Program-made: the position numbers and the translations under genes | Shown here: positions 53,990 to 64,000 of the stretch, piece after piece | Position numbering within the stretch: position 1 is the first letter of the stretch | Layout of the letters: every line of letters begins with the position of its first letter | Origin: the human T2T-CHM13v2.0 reference genome, Homo sapiens | DNA: 64,000 nt | Direction: 5' to 3' (one strand) | Assembly: GCF_009914755.1 (NCBI RefSeq) | Contig: NC_060947.1 | Notes under the pieces: generated by a model | What the model was told of the DNA's origin: nothing | Databases searched by the model: none | What the model saw: only the letters and a program-made list of their open reading frames with translations

Positions 53990-56900
53990 GTTGTCGCTTG
54001 AAGAGCAGGTGCAGATCCTCTAGAGGTTCACAGGAATAGCTAGCGTTGTCTCCTGGATTTTCGGGTTCCTTTGGCAGTATACAGAGTTTGACTCGAGTGT
54101 GATGTATTCAAGACTCCACTCCAGCCACTTTAACCGCAGTTGGGGTAGATAAAATGACTGGGTAGGGTCCTTCCCAGGATGTATCTAAGGATGGGGACTT
54201 AGAAGGAAGGGACTTGACTAATACCATGTCACCAGGGTGCAATAATTACTTTCCCTCTTCTCGGGAACAGGTTCCCTGTAATGTTTTAAGAACTTGTTGA
54301 TATTTGGCCAAGGAGGTGATGTCTGCAACTAAGCTGGCCATCTCTCGGTCAAGCACAAGGTCCTTGGTTAGGAAGGGCCATCCATACAGCATTTTGTATG
54401 GGCTAAGTCCTGCTTTTTGGGGAGAGTTTTGGATTCTTAGTAAGGCTGTAGGCAACAGAGCAGGCCATGCAAGGTGGGTTTCTTGGGTTAGCTTTTTTAA
54501 ATGTCGTTTGAGTGCTTCATTCATTTTCTTGACTTTTCCTGAGGATTGTGGCCTCCAGGCGCAGTGTAAGTGATATTGTATGCCTAATGCCTGGGATACT
54601 CCCTGGGTTACTGTAGCCTTGAAAACGGGGCCATTGTCACTCTGTAAGCCTCGGGGAAGTCCGAATCTGGGAATTATTTCATGAATTAGTGCCTTTATTA
54701 CATCTTGGTCCTTTTCTGTCCTACAAGGGAAGGCCTCTGCCCAACCAGTGAAAATATCTACCCAGACTAGTAGATACTGAAATCCCTGAGATTTGGGCAT
54801 GTGGGTAAAATCTAGTTGCCAGTCTTCTCCTGAGTAATGGCCTGTTCTTTGCTCTCCTGGAGGAGCTTGGTGATAAGGCAGGGGATTATTTATTTGGCAC
54901 ACTTCACAGGCCCTGACTATCTGCTTGATAGTTTTGAAAAGGCCTCGTCCAGTAAATAATGATTTGGCCATCTGATGGGTGCTATCAATGCCCAAGTGAA
55001 AGGTCTGGTGAAGGGTTTTAAGTAATTTCCATTGGTTAGCTGCAGGCAAAATTATTTTTCCTTCTTCAGTGGCTAGCCATCCTGAGGGGAGGAAACTATG
55101 TCTTCGTGAGGTTCCCCATTCTATTTCTTCTGCTGAGTACTGGGGCTTGGTCTCCTGGAGGGGATTACCCCATACTAGGAGTCCTTCTATAAGCATTTGT
55201 AATGGAGGGTCCCACCTTGCGGCTCTTTTGGCTTCAATATCCGCTTGGCAGTTCCCTTCTATTTCCCTTTCCTTTCTTTTCTGATGACCCAGGCAGGGTA
55301 AGACTGCCACCTCTTTAGGTTTCTATACAGCCAACAATAATCTCCTAATGGCTTCCTGATGTTTGATAGGTGTTCCCTTGGAAGTTAGGAATTCCCTTTC
55401 TCTCCATATTGCTGCATGGGCATGGAGGACTAGGTAAGCATACTTAAGAGTCTGTATTTATATTTACCCTTTTTCCTTCTCCTAATTCTAGTGTCCGAGT
55501 GAGAGCTATTGGTTCTGCCAGCTGAGAGCTAGTTCCTGGAGTGAGGGGATTACTTTCAAGTATTCCATTATCACGGACCACTGCAAACCCCGCCTTTCAA
55601 AGTCTTTTTTCTACAAAGGAACTTCCATCAGTATACAAGCTGTGGTCGGGATCAGTCAAGGGAACCTTTAGAAGGTCTCCTCAAGTGGTGTAGGTTGGAG
55701 CAATCACTTGACAGTTATGTTCTATCTTTTCTTCATTGTCTGGAAGAAATGTGGCTGGATTAAGAGTTGCACAAGTGCACAGTCACAGCAGTGGCCCTTC
55801 AAGTAAAAGAGGCTGATATTTAAGCAAATGATTGTCTGACAGCCACAAGTCTCCTTTAGCAGTGAGTACGCTGTTCACATCATGAGATTTCCACACAGTA
55901 AGATCTCTTCCCTGTATCATTTTAACTGCTTCAGAGACTAAGACTGCTACTGCTGCCACTACCCGTAAACAGTGAGGCCAACCCTTTGCCACTACATCCA
56001 TTTCCTTACTGAGGTATGCCATGGGTTGCAAGCTGGCCCTCGGACCTGTGTCAGGACTCCTAGGACTCCTAGAGCTATTCCTGTTTTTTCTGTGACATAT
56101 AAAGGAACGTCTTGTCCCATTGGCAAGCTTAACACTGGGGCTTGGGTTAGGGCCTCCTTTAGAGCCTGGAAAGCCACTTCTGCTTCAGGTGTCCATTCTA
56201 CTAAATGGGTATCAGCTTTCTGAGTTTTCTTAATTAGTGTGTATAATGGCCTGGCTATTTCGCTGTACCTGGGAATCCATATTCGGCAGAAGCCTGTTAT
56301 GCCAAGGAACCCTCTTAATTGCTTTGGGGTTTTGGGATGAGGATAAGCTGGTATAGGCTGAATACGTTCCTCACTGAGGACCCTGGTGCCTTTGGATAAT
56401 TTTAGCCCTAAGTATTTAACCTTCTGTGAGCAGAGCTGAGCCTTTGGTTTGGAAACCTTGTAGTCACAGGTGATGAGGAAGTTTAAGAGTGCTTGGGTGG
56501 CTTGATGGCACAAGGTTTTTGAACGGGCAGCTAAAAGTAAATCATCCACATATTGAAGGACAAGACAGTCCAAGTATGAGAACTGGCTCAGTCTTGGGCT
56601 AATGACTGGCCAAATAGATGGGGGCTATCCCTGAACCCTTGGGGTAAAACAGTCTAGGTGAGTTGAGACGTTGGGTTCGAAGGATCTTCAAAGGCAAACA
56701 ATAATTGAGAGTCAGGATGTACAGGGATGAAGAAAAAGGCATCCTTAAGGTCCAGAAGTGTAAATCACTCTGCTTCCTCTGGTATTTGGGAAAGCAGAGT
56801 ATAAGCGTTAGGCACAGCTGGGTATACAGGGACAACAACCTCATCGATAATCCTGAGATCTTGCACTAACCTCCACTGTCCGTTGGGTTTCTGTACTCCT

Positions 56901-57263
56901 AAAATTGGAGTACTGCAGGGGCTATTGCATGGTTTTACTAGGCCTTGGGCTTTTAGGTCCTTAACAATCTTTTGGAGTCCTTGATCGGCCTCGGGTCTAA
57001 GGGAGTACTGCCTTTGGTAGGGAAAGGAGGCAGAATCCTGTAGTTTAACTTGAATGGGATGGGCATTCTTCGCTCGTCCATATTGTCCTTCTGTTGCCCA
57101 GACTTCAGGATTAATTCCTTCCTCAAGCAGAGGACAACAAACTTGTGTTCCTTCTCTTATGTTCAGGTGTATAATGGCCCCTGCTTTGGCTAGAATCTCT
57201 CTGCAACAAAGGAGTGGGTCTTTCAGGCATAATTAGAAAGCCATGTGAAAAGAGTAAACTTCC
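53990..57263 (-). pseudogene. pol: HERV-W pro-pol, frameshifted (largest open pieces 55992-56573 RT and 54246-55310 integrase)
   Basis: YVDD, LRGFLGITGFCRIWIP, HHCC (LHQTFH..CEVC), WQLDFTH, LQSDNG. Confidence 0.9.
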
Positions 57264-58405
57264 TCTTTTCTAAGAAACTAGGAAAGAGCAAAGTAAATCT
57301 AAATAATACAAAAAGAATGAAGAGTAGAGCAGACATAAATAGAATAGAGGACAGAAAAAAATAGATAAAGGTCAATGAAACCAAAAGTTTTTGAAAAAAA
57401 AATCAACAAATTTGACAAAACGTTAGCTGCAATGACCAAGAAAGAAAAAGATATAGGACTCAAATCACTAATATCAGGAATAAATGAGGGGACATTACTA
57501 ATGACCTAGGAAATTAAAGATAATTATAGGGAATACCGTGAACAACTGCCTACCAACAAGTTACATAATTTAGATGCGATAGACAAGTTCTTAGAAGACG
57601 CAAATTACTGAAAGTGACTCAAGAAGCAGAAAAGCTGAATAGAACAATAACAACTAAAGAGATTGAATTCATATTTAAAAAAAAACTTTTTTACTAAAAA
57701 TTCCATACCCAGATGCCCTCATTAGACAATTATGCCAAACATTAAAAAAGAGTTGACACCAATACTTTACAAACTCTTCCAATAAATAGAAGAAGATGAA
57801 ACACTTTTCAATTCATTCTGTGAGGCCAGCATTACCTTGATACCAAAACTAGACGAAGACATCTGACGAAAACTACAGAATAATATCTTTATTAGTGCAG
57901 ATGCAGAATACTTAACAAAATTCTAGCAAACTGAGTAAAGTAACATATAAATGGATTATAGATAATGATCATGTGGGATTTAACCCAGGAATACAAGATT
58001 GGTTATATACACAAAAATCAATCCATGTAAAATACTATATTAACTAAACAGTGAAGAAAAAAAATCATGATCACCTCAGTGGTCCCAGAAAAGCTTTGAC
58101 CAAATTCAGCATACTTGCATGATTTAAAGAATCATCTCAACAAACTAGGGTACTTTCTCAATGTGGAAACTGCATCTACAAAAAACCCATCGAACATCAT
58201 ACTTAAAGAATGAAAGACTGAAAACTTTCCCTGTAAGATCAGGAACAGGACAAGAAATGTCTGGCTTTTCCACTTCTATTCAACATTATATTGGAGATTC
58301 TAGCCATGACAATTAGGCAAGGAAAAGGGTGGGGGGAAATTAATTCAGACTGGAAAGGAAGAAGTAAAACTATCACTGTTCATGCATGATATGATGTTGT
58401 ATATG
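57264..58405 (+). mobile_element. Old L1M ORF2 (Z/RT region), continuation of the outer host
   Basis: CTAAGAAACTAGG..CAATGAAACCAAAAG..TCATTCTGTGAGGCCAGCATTACC..GATCAGGAACAGGACAAG. Confidence 0.85.
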
Positions 58406-59459
58406 TGATTTTGAAATCAAACTTCAGAAGAACAGATCCCATGGTATTTCTAGGTTTCCAGAGGCCTCCAATAACTTTCATTTCATAATCACATGAGGTC
58501 TAATCTTTACATTTCAAAGATGGCCTTCATGATCCATAGCTTCTTCTCTTGTACTTAAGAGTTGAGGAAGTAGTGCTGAATGTAGGAGTTGATGACACTT
58601 TATTGGGGAACATAGATCTCAAAGTCAGAAACTGGGAAGATCAGGAATAAATTGGCAAGCAGAGGCCGAGGCAGTTTCGAGCAGGTAGTTCACTATAGAG
58701 TGGAAAACTGTGTGGGCATCAGAAGCCTGTTTTTTTATGAAGCCAATGGTGTGGTGTGAGAAAAGGCCCGATGAGTTACAGGAGAAAGGCCTAAGCATTA
58801 ACCATGAGACCTTCTATCTCTAGATCCAACCTTTCATGACTGCGCGCCCAATACTTTATCAGTCTTCTTCCCTCTGGTCTCTATCTAATTCCTTTATGAA
58901 CTCTTGTCTTCACAGTACTAGATATGGAAGTTGAATATTCCGCTTCCATACACACAGTCACACACACACACATATGTGCATATACACATATATGGATGTG
59001 TATATATATTTTCAGGCTGCAACAGACACTTACTGATGTTGAGAGAAACTCCAGTATCTGAGAGACTGGAAAGAATGTGGGACTGAAGAATGACCTGAAG
59101 ATTTCTGCTCTCCTATCCAGTACCCTCTCCACTTAAAGATGAATATTTCCATGAACACTCAAGAAAATCTTGCTAAATAATTGGAATACAGGGATGAATA
59201 TTGTAGTCCCTGGCTCTCAGGGACCTTACTCTCTAGTGGAGGTGGCTGGACATATAGCTAAGAACTGGGAGTGGGAAATTATTCAAACCAGCTTCTGAGT
59301 ATCCACTCTTGATTTATAGGCCTAGTTGGCTCAGCCAATCTGGATCACATACATACTGAGTCCAATCAGGATATAATTTAAACACGTCTGAGTTCCAAGC
59401 AAGCTAGTAGCCCTCACATACCTTGAAGAGTGAGAGAATAGAAAAGTCAAATTACAAAT

Positions 59460-60615
59460 CTGTTTGTTCCTCAGAAAAATTGATCATATAACCTTACCTT
59501 CCACCATTACTTCACAGATTGTCAGGAAGATTCACTGAGATTAAGCTCACCCTGCTCACCTCTGTAAGCATTACGAAATGTTGAACAAATCTCATCTCTA
59601 GGATCTCATGGTTGGGAGGGAAAATAACGTCCTTTCTGATATACAGTGCTTTCTTTCTACTATATCAGCTATATAATTTTTATTTTGAAAAATTCAACTA
59701 ATAATCTAATCCAGAGGCTATGCCCAATGGAATGAATGCCTTTTAAGCTGAGTTGTAAATACCAAGTTTGTTTAAATTTCCTGTCCCCACTGTAAAATTC
59801 TTCTTATTTTTGAAGAATATAAATAGATAGTAGGTACTCACAGAGATACCTGCCAAATGCAACATTTTAACATTTGTCTGCCCCGAGTGCTGGCAATAAT
59901 GTGATAAAGTGCCTATAGAGGATTTGAAACAAATAACATTGACTATTATTACAATGACTTTAACATTCTAAAAAAAAAATCAATGATAAAATACTCCTCC
60001 CCTCCATGGCAGACAACTCATACCATCTGACTGTTGATTCACTGCTGCACTTATATTCCAGGAACTTTAAAGACGTTATCTCATTAATCTTCACAACAAC
60101 AATGAAGATATTATCTTTACTTTGCAAAGGAGAAAAATTGAAACTCAGAGAGGGTAACTCATTGAAGGTCAAAAAGATATTGAATGGTGCCAGCTTGCCT
60201 CAGTGCAAAGAAGAACTTTATAAGAAATGGACCTGAATAATTGGTACCAAAATTTAAGCCAATGTTGGTGTGAGTCCATGCTTTTAACCACTACATAATA
60301 CCACCATTATAGAAGAGGATTGGTCTAAAGCTTTGGATAGCTTTCTCTGGTGTAGAGACTCTAATTATCTGGAAAGAATTGTCTGTCAAGGATGTAACAG
60401 AAACAGCACTGGATGTGTAGCTAACTTGATTAAGATTGGATTTTAACTCTACCACTTATGAGCTGTGTGACCTTGGGCTATGCATTTAACCTCAGTAAGC
60501 CTCACTTTCTACAGACAAACTTACACCTCCTTCACAGGGTTACTGTGAGGATTAAGTGTCTTCAAATATTGGAAAGTGCCTGGCACATAATAGGCATTCA
60601 ACTAATGCTAGTTTC
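59460..60615. mobile_element. Cluster of MIR fragments (~59460-59650, 60030-60300 minus, 60400-60615 plus)
   Basis: GAAAAATTGAAACTCAGAGAGG; AGCTGTGTGACCTTGGGC..TTTAACCTC..AGCCTCA; AAAGTGCCTGGCACATAATAGGC. Confidence 0.72.
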
Positions 60616-60808
60616 CTTCCCTAACATTGGGCCAATGAAAATTATCTAGAGTTATAACCAAAGTCCGTGTTTATAATTGATTCTCTGCCTCTGTAAACCT
60701 TTGTTTATCCGTTTATCTCAATTTCTAGTCCACTTGCACCAACCAAATAAAATGAGCCCTGAAATTCTCCGTAAGTGTCAGAAGCTTCACCTTAAGGGAG
60801 TAGACGGT

Positions 60809-61427
60809 TGTATTAGTATATCTTGGCTTGCAAGAAACAGAAAAGCCAACATAAACTGAGTTAAATAATAATTTTAATTTCACATGTCTAGAAGCCCCCA
60901 AATAGTTTGGATTCTGAGCATGGTACAATCAAGTTCCCAGTTCTATTTTTCTCCACTTCTCTCAGCTCAGTCCTTCTCTGTGTGTGTACACAGGTCCCAG
61001 ACTGGCTTCCTTCATTGAAGATGACTTCCTAAAGCCACTGAGGAAATATCCTTCCTGTTCATTTTCAGTGACAGAGAGAGAAAAATGTTTCTCTCAGCCA
61101 TAAAACAAAAAGTACTTCCCTTCAGTCCAATTAGTTCAAAGTCACATTCCACTGTATCAGTAATAGTTGCTAGGTGTATGGCATGCATTCATTAGCTTAA
61201 TTTTTCTGTCTGAACTGGTCACTGTCAAAGAAGTTTGAATTACCTTGACTGGCTTAGGTAATCAAGATTCACTCCTAGTGCTGAAGAGAAGACCACTTTC
61301 CTCTGGGTCACCTGGGTTAGTGTGACTGGGGAGTGGATGACGGACATCTGAATAAAATCAGGGATGTGTTACAAAGTAGAAATGGAGATAAAGGGTGTTA
61401 GGTCCCCATTAAACTATGTCCACTACC
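60809..61427 (-). mobile_element. Old MaLR (MLT1-type) LTR
   Basis: TGTATTAGT..TTGGCTTGCAAGAAACAGAAAA..AACTGAGTTAAA start and ..TGTCCACTAC end. Confidence 0.6.
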
Positions 61428-62548
61428 ATAATGTTTAAAATATGCATGTGTTTCTCTATTCCTCACCCCCAACCAGAGACTTCAAGGTCACCTATCAGAG
61501 GCATCTGTAACCATTTTTCTAATGAAAATTTGAATACAGGGTGAAAAATAGAGAATTATTACATTAATCCCAAAGTAGCTGTCCATCTGCAAAAAAAGTA
61601 AGCTTATTCTGTTAAGATGTAGAAAATTAGAAGGGGAACTTAGAGTAAGATGAAAATTCTAAGGAGTCCTGGCTCAATATAAGGAGAACTTACAAAGAAA
61701 TGGAGCAGACTATAATCAAAACAGCCTGTTTTACATGTTAGTGAGCTCCCAGACATATCTAAGGACTCACTGAATGACCCTTAGGCTTGGAGACTACAGA
61801 GGAGATTTATCTGTTAGGTAGGAGGTTAGAAGAAAAGACTGCAAAGGTCACTTCCAACTCTACTATGTTATAATTCTATGATGGATCTGTGATTCAACTC
61901 AAAATAAATTGACAAACACCTCTCAGTAAACTAATGAAGGCATATTTTGAGAGACATAGTCTGTCAATGAGATAGATTAGATTCAGATTTGATGGATAAC
62001 CAGTCAATGAGATAGACATACCTGTGCAATGGAGATGGATGGTAGAGATACTGTTGATGAATTCTAGCAGTGCCTAGGCCAGTGAACTAGACAGTTGGTC
62101 TTTGGGGAAAGGGAATTAAGAGGATGCTACCTTTCCTCCCCCTGTTTGTCCTTGAATTTGCTTTAGAATATAAAGCAAATGAATATGCCAATCTCAAGTT
62201 TCTCCTGAAACTTGAGAGGCTATGTACCCAAAAGATTTTCCTGTCTTGGACTTATTCTGTGTGCATCTTTAATCTCCATCTACAGGGTTGAATATCCATT
62301 CTCAAGTAAATTGTTTTGAGTTGCCTTCTCCATTTAGCAAAATAAGGGTTGTTATTTCCTCATAACATTCCTTTCTAAACCTGTTGTTCAAATAATTTTA
62401 AGCAATGGTCTTAGTTTCTGCCATGCATTCTTATTTGAAGCAGGAATCTAAGATTAAAGATAAATTCTGCTCAGACTAGTCTGTCTGGGAACATAGAATC
62501 ATTAGGAGTACATGTCAGGATCTACTTGCATTGAAAACCAAGGAATGA

Positions 62549-62971
<423 letters not shown>

Positions 62972-63017
62972 ATTAGTTATACATTCATTTATTATTCTTT
63001 CAATAGTTTTTGGAGAG

Positions 63018-63785
63018 TAGTGGTACTCAAAGTATAGTATACAGATCTCTGCCGGTTCCTGAGACTCTATAAGGGGTCCCACAAGGTCTCCCATCCAAGT
63101 ACTAACCAGGCCCGACCCTGCTTAACTTCCAAGTTCAGGCACGTTCAGGGTAGTATGGCCATAGATAAGGGGACTCACAAAGTCAAAACTATTTTCCTAA
63201 TAACAGTAAAAAGTAAGTTGTATTTTTAACTGTGTTGACATTTGCACGGATGCTACAAAAGCAATGGTGTACTCGATGAAGCAGTTAATTTTTACCAAAT
63301 ATTAGTTTTCGAATACACATCTTAATAGTATCTTACCAAAACTGAGAAGTCCACATCAAGCACTTCTGATGTATTTCTAAGTATGATAATTGAATGGAGG
63401 AAAAGTATCGTACATTTGTTTGAGTTGCAAACTGAATAGTCTTGTTTTCCATAGAATGCCATTTTTAATTGAAAGAATGAGAGACAAACTATGGTTTATT
63501 CAGACTTGAGTATTATGCAGATATTTCTCAAAAATGAACAAAGTGAGCCTATCACTTCAAAGGAAACATCTGACAGCATTCATTGCCAATGATAAAATTC
63601 AAGCTTTCAAGCAAATATTGGATTTCTGTAAAACTTGTATTCACCACAGTGAGCATTAGAGCTTCCTAATACTTAAAGATTTGTGATGAGATTACTGGAA
63701 ATATCAGCTAATTTGCTTTTTTTGATATTGTATCCTAAAATGTGTCATCATTTGGAAGATCTGCATAACCCCAGGAACCAATATT
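63018..63785. mobile_element. Charlie1a/b-like hAT DNA transposon
   Basis: TAGTGGTACTCAAAGT terminus; GTCAAAACTATTTTC..TGTGTTGACATTTGCAC..AAAAGCAATGGTG; CAGACTTGAGTATT..CAGATATTTCTCAAAAATGAACAAAGTGAGCCT. Confidence 0.82.
63085..63166 (-). pseudogene. 5S rRNA retropseudogene, 3'-truncated (about nt 1-92) with a 10-nt internal deletion
   Basis: GGTCTCCCATCCAAGTACTAACCAGGCCCGACCCTGCTTA is the exact reverse complement of human 5S rRNA. Ends GTTCAGGGTAGTATGGCCATAGA. Confidence 0.95.
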
Positions 63786-63789
63786 TTTC

Positions 63790-64000
<211 letters not shown>

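Larger units (their letters stand above)
53461..57263 (-). mobile_element. HERV-W (HERV17) internal fragment: end of pro, pol and deleted env; no LTRs, no gag
   Basis: RT LQYVDDLLLA (56541-56552), RNase H and integrase, with env ends homologous to syncytin-1. Confidence 0.92.

Noticed and set aside
63085-63166. Functional 5S rRNA gene
   Set aside because: 3'-truncated, internally deleted, CpG-decayed, single copy and lacking a terminator.

Overview
This is human-like genomic DNA: an AluYa5 with all five diagnostic positions indicates human. It is AT-rich and dominated by deeply nested interspersed repeats. I found no credible host protein-coding exon, tRNA, functional rRNA or CRISPR array, and every long ORF is transposon-derived or spurious. 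The window holds about 12 L1 copies of many ages (L1MD, L1MA, L1PB, L1PA), about 11 Alus, two decayed class III ERVL internal regions, an LTR-less HERV-W pro-pol/env fragment and solo LTRs (THE1/MST, MER52, MLT1). It also holds DNA transposons (Tigger1, Charlie1, MER3, MER5A, MER112), L2/MIR relics, STRs and a tailless 5S rRNA retropseudogene. The most notable structure is a ~4.7 kb inversion (52561-~57262). It is revealed because three nested L1s each continue on the opposite strand in reversed order, with a 15-bp inverted duplication at the breakpoints. I do not see evidence of a new biological system. Subfamily names come from recalled consensus features and need RepeatMasker/Dfam confirmation. 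Boundaries of the old elements are approximate.
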